DNA of 36,670 bases from Candidatus Woesearchaeota archaeon UBA119 (GTDB lineage: Archaea; Nanobdellota; Nanobdellia; Woesearchaeales; UBA119): contig DAWM01000022.1 in the NCBI GenBank assembly GCA_002505945.1, forward strand, positions 19,032 to 55,701. The letters run 5' to 3'. The number at the start of each line of letters is the position of its first letter. Positions within the stretch are counted from its first letter, which is position 1. The notes beneath the pieces are model-generated. The model searched no databases. It worked only from the letters and a program-made list of their open reading frames with translations, and had not been told where the DNA came from. Shown piece by piece: positions 16,945 through 25,535 of the stretch. Both the position numbers and the translations under genes were made by a program.

Positions 16945-18381
16945 TTATATAAGGTTAAGTTCTCCGAGCATCTGCAAAGCCTGCATATCATCAATAATCT
17001 TATCCGCTTTAAGTTGATTGATTAAACTCCCTGCCTGCTTAACATTAATCTGTTTCTGCTTTATCAGCCTATCTATCGCCCAGGTTACCATCCTTTGATT
17101 AGGATTATCCTTGTAATTCTCTTTTAATGCCTCTGCAATCAATTGAAGGTTTGTTTTGCCTTTCAAACTTTCTATATATATCTGTTTTTCCAATCTTTCT
17201 ATAGGATTATCATTGTTCTTTTTCTTTTCTGTTGCTTCTTTTTTATCCTTCTTCTTTTCTTCAAGAATATCAGAGATATCTAGCCACTCCTCCTTCTTTT
17301 CAATGTACTTGTCTAAATCAAGATGCTTGAATTCCTCTTTATCTCTTTCTTCTTTTGGCTTAACGGCCGATTTCTCAAACTCGGTGAATGGTTCCAAGTT
17401 GATCCTTGGTTTTATATTGCTTGGATTCGTTGATCTCCGAGGCTTACTTGCTGTGGTAAACCGGTGCTTATCTCTGTTCTGGGAGCCCTCGCTTGGAAAA
17501 GGGAACCGCAGATTTAAGTCCGGCTGGATATTAGATGTTTGCTCTTCTGAATTCTTCCTTTTCTTGAGCAAACTTATTAGGATTATTATGGCAGTTAAAT
17601 TCAATCCTATGGAAAACGTGAGAACGATTATTAAAGGCAGATTCTTATTAATGAATTCCATAGCTTGAGGAAACGACAGGGTTGACCTTTCCTTATTATC
17701 ATCCTGATTCTCTTCATTATTCTCAGGCTTATCAACCCCCAAATAATATGTTATTCTCTTTGTTTCTTTCCCATCGTATTCATTATAGCATTCTACAATG
17801 AAACTTGTTTTTCCCTTTTTCTGCGAAATCTCCATAACTTGAATCCTGTGGTTAGTGTCGTTAAGATTCTGCATAGTGAATGTCCCTTCCTCCGCTTTGA
17901 TATTGCAGATAGACTTTTTCGTAGTCCTTACATTGATATAGTCAGATAATGCGATAGAATCCAAATCTGAAGGAGACACATGAGTTATAAGAAAAGGGAT
18001 GTTCCCTTGTGCGTCTTCTTCCTCTTTGTTCTCCTCGGTAGAATTGTCCTCAAAAGATATATTAATCTCGAAGGCCTTAAAGTCTTCCTGGTTTTCTAAT
18101 CCATCACACCAGCCATTTATGACTTGGTTTACTGGTTCAACCTGATATTCAAAGACTTTGTTTTCGGAGTCAACTGCAGACAAAGTTTTTATTTCTCCAT
18201 TTTCTATATAACACTTAGCTGGGGTATCCGTTTCTATAATAAGTATATCTTGGTCATCTTCTTGCGTCAGATTTACATTTGTGGTAAGAGAGTATGCAAT
18301 AGGCAAAACAAGCAAAACAACACCTAATACAAGAATCCATCTTAACTTTGAGCAGAGTTCCGGATTTTTGACCCAAACCAC
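16945..18381 (-). CDS. orphan single-pass membrane protein with a duplicated Cys-containing ectodomain and a K/E-rich cytoplasmic tail
   Basis: N-terminal hydrophobic segment (LRWILVLGVVLLVLPIAYS). Two similar ~110-aa extracytoplasmic segments follow (..TPAKCYIENGE.. and ..KKSICNIKAEEG.., each with a second Cys). Then comes a TM helix (LPLIIVLTFSIGLNLTAIIILISLL), a basic/acidic low-complexity tail, and a helical C-terminal domain. The GTG start at 18381 is uncertain. Confidence 0.6.
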   Translation of the reverse strand: MVWVKNPELCSKLRWILVLGVVLLVLPIAYSLTTNVNLTQEDDQDILIIETDTPAKCYIENGEIKTLSAVDSENKVFEYQVEPVNQVINGWCDGLENQEDFKAFEINISFEDNSTEENKEEEDAQGNIPFLITHVSPSDLDSIALSDYINVRTTKKSICNIKAEEGTFTMQNLNDTNHRIQVMEISQKKGKTSFIVECYNEYDGKETKRITYYLGVDKPENNEENQDDNKERSTLSFPQAMEFINKNLPLIIVLTFSIGLNLTAIIILISLLKKRKNSEEQTSNIQPDLNLRFPFPSEGSQNRDKHRFTTASKPRRSTNPSNIKPRINLEPFTEFEKSAVKPKEERDKEEFKHLDLDKYIEKKEEWLDISDILEEKKKDKKEATEKKKNNDNPIERLEKQIYIESLKGKTNLQLIAEALKENYKDNPNQRMVTWAIDRLIKQKQINVKQAGSLINQLKADKIIDDMQALQMLGELNLI

Positions 18382-18476
18382 CTCTTCTTTTCTATTTTTA
18401 AACTTCTTATAATATATATTTTTTCATTTTAATAATGCCTTCAAGCTGTTTTTTAGGCCTTTTTTCTTCAATTTAA

Positions 18477-18493
18477 GAAAAACTTATTAAGAA
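18477..18493 (+). promoter_or_regulatory. TATA-like box for lgt
   Basis: gaaaaacttattaagaa, centred ~27 nt upstream of the ATG at 18513, with no SD box. Confidence 0.3.
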
Positions 18494-18512
18494 AACCTCC
18501 TAAAGGCATATT

Positions 18513-19331
18513 ATGCTGACATATGAACCACATCCTGTTTTATTCTCCCTCTTTGGATTTGAAATAAGGTATTATGGACTCTTTTACCTGATTGGCTTCT
18601 TAGTTGTGTTTTTTATGTATAATCGCCTGTCTAAGAGATTAAAAGGCTTAAATCATTCAAGAGACAAAGCCTTTGAGATGCTTTTTTGGGGCTTGGTGGG
18701 GGGAATATTCTTTGCCCGCCTCTTTTATGTTTTCTTTTATGACTTCTCCTATTACTCAACTCATATTCTTGAATCCTTCTTAATCTGGAAAGGTGGATTA
18801 TCATTTCATGGTGGGCTGGTTGGTGCTGTGTTTTTTACATATCTTTTCTGTAAGCATAACTCTATCGATTTTCTTGAGGTTGCAGATATTGTGGTAATCC
18901 CTGCTGCTTTGGCACTTGCCTTAGGAAGACTAGGTAATTTTCTCAATGGGGAATTATATGGCAGAGTAACAAATGTGCCCTGGGCTGTCCGTTTCACGAC
19001 TGATCCTCTATTAAAACCAAGACATCCTTCTCAGATATATGAATCTTTCAAGAATGTTTTAATTTTCCTTATCCTTTATCTGTTCTTCAGGCTTAAGTAT
19101 ATAAGAATGAAAGTAAGGGAAAGAAGAGGCTTAATCTTAATATACTTTATTTTTCTTTATGGCCTGTTTCGCTTCTTTGTAGAGTTCTTTAGAGCTCCTG
19201 ATCCGCAATTGGGTTTACTCTGGCTTGGTTTATCAATGGGTCAGTGGTTTTCTTTGTTTATGGTTATTTCAGCATTCTTGCTCTACTTCTTTAAGAGATA
19301 CAAGCAAAACTCTGCTCGGATAACCAATTGA
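18513..19331 (+). CDS. lgt: prolipoprotein diacylglyceryl transferase (bacterial-type Lgt)
   Basis: All the Lgt signature blocks I know from E. coli Lgt are present and colinear: YGLFYLIGF, GGLSFHGGLVG (HGGL motif), LGRLGNFLNGELYGR (E. coli GRLGNFINGELWGR), and PRHPSQIYES (E. coli RHPSQLYE). The protein is a 7-TM-like polytopic protein of 272 aa. Confidence 0.9.
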   Translation: MLTYEPHPVLFSLFGFEIRYYGLFYLIGFLVVFFMYNRLSKRLKGLNHSRDKAFEMLFWGLVGGIFFARLFYVFFYDFSYYSTHILESFLIWKGGLSFHGGLVGAVFFTYLFCKHNSIDFLEVADIVVIPAALALALGRLGNFLNGELYGRVTNVPWAVRFTTDPLLKPRHPSQIYESFKNVLIFLILYLFFRLKYIRMKVRERRGLILIYFIFLYGLFRFFVEFFRAPDPQLGLLWLGLSMGQWFSLFMVISAFLLYFFKRYKQNSARITN

Positions 19332-19536
19332 TGTTGAGTTTCATTTTTTGATACTCGTTTTTGCTATTCCTTAATCGCAAAAAATCGTAATTTTTTAATA
19401 GTAGTAATTGTTTGTATCTTTAGAATCAGAGAAAAAGTCAATCCTTTTCGTTTGTTCTTTTTGTTTTGGAAGGGTTTGAAATTTATCTGCGAGGTAAATC
19501 TTATATGAAAAAAATAAAAAAGAAGGTGGTTTTAAC

Positions 19537-20358
19537 ATGATTGTGAATGAAGAATTTTTAGGAAAGCTGAGAAATTACTTTTCTTTAAACCTTTACGAGG
19601 TGAAGATATGGACTGCCTTGCTCTCAAGAGGGACTGCAACTGCAGGGGAGCTTTCAGATATAGCTAATGTTCCTCGTTCAAGAAGCTATGATGTCCTGGA
19701 GAGCCTTGAAAAGAAGGGTTTTGTCATCATGAAGTTTGGCAAACCAATAAAGTACTATGCGGTTCCTCCAGAGGAGGTTATCTCCAGAGTAAAGAAAAAC
19801 CTTCGTAAGGAAACAGAGAAGCAAATTAAGAAGATAGAGAATGCTGCATCTGGCGAAATCCTAAAGGAACTCAACATGCTTCATTCTCAGGGGGTTGAGC
19901 TGGTTGAACCCCCCGAGAGAAGTGGAAGCCTCAAAGGAAGACATAACCTCTATAATCATTTTGAGTTCTTAATGAAAGGAGCAGAAAGGACTGTTACAAT
20001 TGTTTCAACTGCTCAAGAGCTTATAAGGATTTCTGAGAGCATAAAAGAGGTATTGGAATCTGTTGCCAAAAGAGGGGTAAAGATTAGGATTGCCACCTCT
20101 CTAGGTAAGTCTGTTCAAAAGGCTGTGAATAACCTTAAGGGGATTGCCGAAATCAGAGAGATGAAGGGAATCATGGCCAGATTTATCGTTATTGATGGTA
20201 GGGAATTGACCTTTATGCTACACAACGATGAGGATGTACATCCTTCCTTTGATGTGGGAATATGGGTCAATACAGAATTCTTCGCTTCAGCCTTGGAGAA
20301 TCTGTTTGAACTGGCTTGGAGGGAGATGAAACCTCTGAAAGTAAAAGCTGAGAAGTAG
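19537..20358 (+). CDS. TrmB-family transcriptional regulator
   Basis: N-terminal LNLYEVKIWTALLSRGTATAGELSDIANVPRSRSYDVLESLEKKGFV (TrmB wHTH), then a coiled-coil linker and a C-terminal TrmB-type domain. AAGGTGG lies 8-9 nt upstream of the ATG. Confidence 0.8.
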   Translation: MIVNEEFLGKLRNYFSLNLYEVKIWTALLSRGTATAGELSDIANVPRSRSYDVLESLEKKGFVIMKFGKPIKYYAVPPEEVISRVKKNLRKETEKQIKKIENAASGEILKELNMLHSQGVELVEPPERSGSLKGRHNLYNHFEFLMKGAERTVTIVSTAQELIRISESIKEVLESVAKRGVKIRIATSLGKSVQKAVNNLKGIAEIREMKGIMARFIVIDGRELTFMLHNDEDVHPSFDVGIWVNTEFFASALENLFELAWREMKPLKVKAEK

Positions 20359-20530
20359 TTATCTTCTCTAACTTTTTTCTTCTATTTTATTTATCTTTAT
20401 TTACCCTCCTGAAAAATCTAAAGTTTTATATATATTATATTGACTTCTCAAATAAATTTGATTGTTGTTGTCCTTTTTTGTTGTAGGTCTTTTATAGAAA
20501 AACTATAAAAATGATTACTGGGGACACATA

Positions 20531-20545
20531 CTAAATTTTATAAAC
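20531..20545 (+). promoter_or_regulatory. BRE/TATA-like box for aglB
   Basis: ctaaattttataaac. The predicted TSS (~20565-20570) lies downstream of the track ATG at 20550 and upstream of GGGGTGA (20572-20578) and the ATG at 20583. Confidence 0.35.
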
Positions 20546-20582
20546 TGGCATGCTTAGAGTCTTCATTTATTGGGGTGAACAT

Positions 20583-23471
20583 ATGAGCGAAGAAACATCA
20601 AAGCAGAGAAAGAAACAAGATGATACAAAGGTTGTAATCAACATCCTCCTTTTTGTTGTCCCCCTTTTAATATGCTTATTTTTAAGGGTTACTCCATACT
20701 ATATTCCAATTGCAGACCAATGGGCTCATCAAACAGTATATAATTCTTTGCAGGCCCAGGTTTATTCCCGGCTTCAATCCTCTTATCCTGGCTTAGGACC
20801 ACAAGAACTGCAGGATGTTGTTAAGGAGGAAGTAAACAAAGTTATTCAAGAACAAGGAGCAGAGTTGGCACAGGCCGAGCAACAGACTGCTGAAGCATTT
20901 AGGAATAGGCTCAGAAATGATAACGGTACAACCTATCTCTTGGCGATTGATCCTTACTATTATCTAAGAAATGCTCAAAACATATTGGAGCATGGATATG
21001 AAGCAGATATTAAGACTGAGAGAGGTTATATTGATACTCATATCTTTGGAGGACTGCCTATCTCAGCAAGAAATGCTGCTCCTGACAAGATCCAGAATAT
21101 TCTTCCTTGGATTGAGGCATACCTTTTTAGAATTCTTAATTTCTTAGGTTTTAATATAGATTTGATGGCTGTTGCTTTCTTCACTCCAGTTATTCTTGGT
21201 TTATTAACGGTTATCATTGCTTTTTTTGTGGGAAAGGATATCTCAAAGAGCAATATTGGTGGATTCTTCGTTGCTCTTTATGTGGCAATCCACCCTTTCC
21301 TTCTTTCAAGATCCTTAGGCGGATTTGCCGATACCGATATTTTCAATGCTTTATTTCCATTGGCTTTGATTTTCTTCTTTTTCAAGCTTCTTGAATCAAC
21401 ATCACTTAAGAAAAAGCTTTTGCATTCTGCTCTTTTTGGGCTGGTGCTGGCAATATATACCAAAGCATGGGGGGGCTGGTGGTATACGTTTGATTTGATT
21501 CTTTTGTCAATTGTGATTTATGCAGTATACCGGATTTTCTTCTCCTTTATTCTCTTCAAAAAACATTCGAGAAGAACCCTCGGTTCAAATGTTCCGGGAA
21601 AGCTTTCCTCGGACTTAATCTCAATCGGACTGCTCTTGCTTTTCTCATGTATATTTGTTTCTTTATTTATTGGGTTTAATTCCTTCATCAATTCTCCTTT
21701 AGCAGCTTTAAGGGGAACAGAGCTTAAAGCTGTTTCCAAGGGCACTATCTGGCCAAATGTCTTTACAACTGTTGCTGAACTTAATCCTGGTGATTTTGGC
21801 AGCATTGTGCAGAATAACGGAGGCTGGTTAGCTGTATTGGTTGCTTTCTCTGGGATTGCATTGTTGTTGAAGAGGAAAGGAAGCATCATCGGTCCAAAGA
21901 TGGCCCAGTTCTTCTTGGTTCTCTTTTGGACATTAGCAACCATTTATACTGTTTATTCAGGGGTGAGGTTCAACCTGTTGATAGTGCCTGCCTTTGCATT
22001 GGCTTGGGGGATTGCTTCTGCAGTAATCATAAATCAAGGTTCTTTATGGGTTAAGAAATTAATAGATATCCCTGAGAAGACTGCCAAAGTTGTATTATTT
22101 GCTCTTCTGCTTTTGATTTTAGTGTTGCCGCAATCTACTGCTGGCGGAGACACCCAGAGTGGAATGTTACCTAATGCAATCAATACTGCAAGAGGTCATA
22201 CCCCTCAGATGGCAGATGCTTGGTTTGAAACCTTAACTAAAATCAAAGAGGAAAGCGAAGAAGATGCGATAATCAATTCATGGTGGGATTTTGGTCATTG
22301 GTTTAAGGCAATTGCAGACCGCCCTGTTACATTAGATGGTGGAATTCAGAATAATCCACAGGCTCACTGGCTGGGTAAACTCATGCTTACTAATGATGAG
22401 AGACTTTCTGTAGGGATACTAAGGATGCTTGATTGTGGTGCAACCTTAGCTTATGATACAATATACAACTTAACTAATGATGATCTGGAAGCCATTGATA
22501 CCTTATATAAAATCCTAGAGATGGACAGAGATGAGGCAAACTCTTTCCTGGAAGAGAAATTCGGTAAAGAAGATGCTTTAAGAGTTCTTAATTATAGCCA
22601 TTGCAACCCTCCTGAAAACTACTTTATAGCTTCAGAGGACATGGTAAGCAAGTCAGGCGTGTGGGCTCACTTTGGCTCATGGAATTTTACCAAGGCCAAG
22701 ATGTTTTATGAAGTCAAATCAAGGAAGATTGATGAGGCAAGGGAATTTCTGAAAGATAGATTTAATTTTAGTGAGGTAGATGCTGCAAATTATGTTACAG
22801 AGATAAGATCTGTTGAAAATGCAGATTACTGGGTAGCTCCTTGGCCAAGCTATGTTACTTCTGACTTCACTTTATGTCAGAAAATAAATGATTCTTGGGT
22901 AAGATGCATGAAATCCTTTAGTTCCAATCAGGGTGTAGTCTTAAATATAAATGTTGATGATATGCGGGCTTATGCAATGGTTAATCAAAACACTCAGCTG
23001 GAAGTGAGAAAGTTTGTTTTCAGCAAGGATGATGAGGTTTATGTAAGGAACAAGCCTGATTCTGGATTCAACTATGGAGTGGTCTTAAAGGAAGAAGGAG
23101 GACAATACAGTTTTGTCTTGTCTGACACTCAGTTGGCTGACAGCATGTTTACTCGATTATTCTTTTTAGATGGTGCAGGAACCAATTACTTTAACCTCTT
23201 TTCACACAAGACTGATATGTTTGGCAACGATATTTATGTATGGAAGGTTGATTGGAATCCGAATGAAATAAAGGATAACTTTCATATTGTTGAAGAAGAC
23301 GAAGCTGTTGGGTTGATAGATAATCAAGAGAGTACAGAACAAGAAGAAGAAACTGAGGTAGGAGGAGAAGAAGACCAGACCGAGAAAGAGGAAGTAGAGG
23401 ATATTGAAAACATTTCTTCCATAATTAATTCAACCGAGCAAATGAATCTAAGCCTGGAAAATGGCAGCTGA
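20583..23471 (+). CDS. aglB: archaeal oligosaccharyltransferase AglB (STT3 family)
   Basis: WWDFGHW (the WWDYG catalytic motif), an EL1 LAIDPYYYLR block (compare the STT3 DPYFNYR block), a 13-TM-like N-terminal half, and a soluble C-terminal half. The start is moved to MSEETSKQ (ATG at 20583) on SD and promoter geometry. Confidence 0.9.
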   Translation: MSEETSKQRKKQDDTKVVINILLFVVPLLICLFLRVTPYYIPIADQWAHQTVYNSLQAQVYSRLQSSYPGLGPQELQDVVKEEVNKVIQEQGAELAQAEQQTAEAFRNRLRNDNGTTYLLAIDPYYYLRNAQNILEHGYEADIKTERGYIDTHIFGGLPISARNAAPDKIQNILPWIEAYLFRILNFLGFNIDLMAVAFFTPVILGLLTVIIAFFVGKDISKSNIGGFFVALYVAIHPFLLSRSLGGFADTDIFNALFPLALIFFFFKLLESTSLKKKLLHSALFGLVLAIYTKAWGGWWYTFDLILLSIVIYAVYRIFFSFILFKKHSRRTLGSNVPGKLSSDLISIGLLLLFSCIFVSLFIGFNSFINSPLAALRGTELKAVSKGTIWPNVFTTVAELNPGDFGSIVQNNGGWLAVLVAFSGIALLLKRKGSIIGPKMAQFFLVLFWTLATIYTVYSGVRFNLLIVPAFALAWGIASAVIINQGSLWVKKLIDIPEKTAKVVLFALLLLILVLPQSTAGGDTQSGMLPNAINTARGHTPQMADAWFETLTKIKEESEEDAIINSWWDFGHWFKAIADRPVTLDGGIQNNPQAHWLGKLMLTNDERLSVGILRMLDCGATLAYDTIYNLTNDDLEAIDTLYKILEMDRDEANSFLEEKFGKEDALRVLNYSHCNPPENYFIASEDMVSKSGVWAHFGSWNFTKAKMFYEVKSRKIDEAREFLKDRFNFSEVDAANYVTEIRSVENADYWVAPWPSYVTSDFTLCQKINDSWVRCMKSFSSNQGVVLNINVDDMRAYAMVNQNTQLEVRKFVFSKDDEVYVRNKPDSGFNYGVVLKEEGGQYSFVLSDTQLADSMFTRLFFLDGAGTNYFNLFSHKTDMFGNDIYVWKVDWNPNEIKDNFHIVEEDEAVGLIDNQESTEQEEETEVGGEEDQTEKEEVEDIENISSIINSTEQMNLSLENGS

Positions 23472-24135
23472 AAATCAAGATTTTTTTGTGGTGCTTCCTG
23501 CCTATAATGAGGAAGGAGCAATAGAAAAAACACTTAAGGATGTTCTTAAGTATTCTAAGCCAGAAAATGTAATTGTAGTAGATGATGGCTCACAGGATGA
23601 AACATTTAAGGAAGCTAGAAGATGCAATGTGAGAGTTCTGAGGCATGTGGTTAATTTAGGCAAAGGCGCAGCTTTAAAGACCGGCTGTGATTATGCTATT
23701 AAGAGACATGCCAATAAGATAGTTTTGATGGATAGCGATGGCCAGCATGACCCATCCTATATCCCAAAATTTGTTTCTTTGTTGGATAAGTATGATGTTG
23801 TTCTTGGAGCAAGAAAAAGAACTAAGGACATGCCTCACACAGCTAAATTCGGTAATCTCTTCTTTGATGTCTTTGTAAAGTTCTTTCTTGGTAAAGAGAT
23901 AATAGATACTCAAGGGGGTTTTCGTGCTTTCAGGGCTGAGAAATATCCTTTGTTGAAATGGAAGTCTTCGGATTACACAGTTGAGACAGAGATGCTTGTT
24001 CACATAGTCGAGCAGAATCTTAGCTATACTCAAATCCCAATAAAAACAATATACACTGACAACTATAAAGGTACTACTGTGCTTGATGGATTTAAGATAG
24101 TTTTTAATATATTGAAGTTCAGGTTATTTGGTTAG
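23461..24135 (+). CDS. GT2 glycosyltransferase, dolichyl-phosphate hexose synthase-like (DPM1/AglD/AglJ-type)
   Basis: FFVVLPAYNEEGAIEKTL, VVDDGSQDET, LGKGAALKTG, and LMDSDGQHDP (DxD). The ATG overlaps the aglB 3' end by 11 nt. Confidence 0.85.
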   Translation: MAAENQDFFVVLPAYNEEGAIEKTLKDVLKYSKPENVIVVDDGSQDETFKEARRCNVRVLRHVVNLGKGAALKTGCDYAIKRHANKIVLMDSDGQHDPSYIPKFVSLLDKYDVVLGARKRTKDMPHTAKFGNLFFDVFVKFFLGKEIIDTQGGFRAFRAEKYPLLKWKSSDYTVETEMLVHIVEQNLSYTQIPIKTIYTDNYKGTTVLDGFKIVFNILKFRLFG

Positions 24136-24168
24136 TATGCTTATTAAGAAGAAAGAGGTGCAGATAAG

Positions 24169-24552
24169 ATGATTGGAATTCAGATATTTGCGGTGTTCTT
24201 TTCTTTGTTTATGGCTTATATAGCTTATATTAATTTCAGGAAAAAGATAATCTCTGGTTTGGCTTTTGTTTTGTGGGAAGCATTGTGGGTTGGCTTCATA
24301 GTAGTGGTTTTGTTCCCTTCTATTATGGATCCTATCCTTGAAGTGTTGCATTTCTATAGGCTTTTTGATATGCTTACAGTAGCTGCTTTTGCCTTTCTTG
24401 TCGTATTTTCCTTTTATAATTTCATTCTGGCTTCCCGAAACAACAAGAAAATAGAAAAGCTTGTAAGAAGAATAGCAATAGGAGGAGAGCAAGACCCCAG
24501 CAGCTCTTCTACAAGGGAAAAAGATAAAAAGGCTAGTAAGAAAAAAAATTAA
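24169..24552 (+). CDS. small polytopic membrane protein (DUF2304-like GT2 partner)
   Basis: Three to four TM helices (IQIFAVFFSLFMAYIAYINF, LAFVLWEALWVGFIVVVLF, LFDMLTVAAFAFLVVFSFYNFIL) and a basic tail. AGAGGTG lies 8 nt before the ATG. This size, topology and position after a GT2 gene are what I recall for DUF2304. The family call is from memory only. Confidence 0.5.
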   Translation: MIGIQIFAVFFSLFMAYIAYINFRKKIISGLAFVLWEALWVGFIVVVLFPSIMDPILEVLHFYRLFDMLTVAAFAFLVVFSFYNFILASRNNKKIEKLVRRIAIGGEQDPSSSSTREKDKKASKKKN

Positions 24553-25535
24553 CTCCTATCAATATAGTTTACTCTCCATAAATCGCACGTTCTACATAGT
24601 TTATGGCTGTTATGGTTTTTTCTGAAATCCTTAAATTTCTTGCTGTCCCATATCTCTTTAAGGTTCTTGTCCTTTAGGTTGTCCATCTTTAAAGCAGGGA
24701 GAAGGCAGCAGGGAGTAACATCGCCTTCCACATTTACATATGCGTAGTTGAAAAGCCTTAAACATCTCTTGCCGAACATACCCAGAGTATGCTTTGCCAA
24801 TGGGTAGGCAGTTCTTACAAAGCCCTTTCCAACCCCGTATTGAATCATATCCGCCTGCAGCCCAATCTTGTCTGCGTGAGAAAATATTTTCTTGACCATC
24901 TCCTTTTCTTCCTTTAAGGAAGGCCTAGGCATACCTGGAGAGAATTCCTGCAATACCCTGGAAAGATTTAATCGTTCTGCGCCAACGCTTTTGGCAAAAT
25001 CACATATTGCTATTAGGTTGGAAACAGGTTTTTCTAAGATGGATTGGATTACGATAGCAGGCCTCTTATTCATCTTGGACAAAGCCCTTATGTTATCAAG
25101 TGTTTTCTTATTCATATGACCCCATTCATTCTCCTCATCAACAGAGTCTACAGAAAAAGTAATGCTGTCAATCCCTGCTTTAACAAGGTCATCCCTCATC
25201 TTCTGATTCAACAACAAGCCATTCGTGGTAAGCCTTACCTTTTTGTTCTTGAACTTACCAAATCGGACCATCTCAGCTAAATCCTTATGGGTTGTAGGCT
25301 CACCCCAACCGGTTAAGATAATCTCTTTTACTCCCCCCAGCTTATTAACAATCTTCTTGAATAAAGAAAGATGCATCTCTTTGTATTTGACAGGAAGCTT
25401 CTTCCTCGGGCACATCTTGCAGTCTAGGTTGCAAAGGTTAGTAATCTCCAGCTGAACTGTTTCAGGGACCTTCGGCTGAATACAAAAGATTCTGCCAATA
25501 TATTCCTTGAAAGGATTCATGTTTATATCAACCAT
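24549..25535 (-). CDS. radical SAM enzyme with a C-terminal SPASM/twitch-like cysteine domain
   Basis: CNLDCKMC (C35-x3-C39-x2-C42), TGWGEPT (GGE SAM-binding motif), and a TIM-barrel-length core. The C-terminus carries C-x12-G-x4-C-C ... C-x2-C (CLRLFNYAYVNVEGDVTPCC...CRTC), matching the first half plus the CxxC of the SPASM consensus. The ATG overlaps the upstream GT2 stop by 13 nt. Confidence 0.85.
   Translation of the reverse strand: MVDINMNPFKEYIGRIFCIQPKVPETVQLEITNLCNLDCKMCPRKKLPVKYKEMHLSLFKKIVNKLGGVKEIILTGWGEPTTHKDLAEMVRFGKFKNKKVRLTTNGLLLNQKMRDDLVKAGIDSITFSVDSVDEENEWGHMNKKTLDNIRALSKMNKRPAIVIQSILEKPVSNLIAICDFAKSVGAERLNLSRVLQEFSPGMPRPSLKEEKEMVKKIFSHADKIGLQADMIQYGVGKGFVRTAYPLAKHTLGMFGKRCLRLFNYAYVNVEGDVTPCCLLPALKMDNLKDKNLKEIWDSKKFKDFRKNHNSHKLCRTCDLWRVNYIDRS

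Noticed and set aside
17156-17668. Plus-strand 170-aa S/F/L-rich ORF
   Set aside because: It is the complement of the K/E-rich tail of the 16945-18381 gene. The low-complexity mirror composition is typical of shadow ORFs.
19505-19540. 11-codon uORF (MKKIKKKVVLT) whose TGA overlaps the TrmB-family ATG (ACATGA)
   Set aside because: It consists mostly of an A-rich tract plus the SD box of the downstream gene, and it has no independent initiation signal. It cannot be distinguished from chance without ribosome profiling.
24124-24492. Minus-strand 122-aa ORF overlapping the DUF2304-like gene
   Set aside because: The plus-strand ORF has an AGAGGTG SD at the correct spacing and encodes clean TM helices. 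The minus-strand product is a K/Y/H/C-rich low-complexity shadow with no initiation signal.
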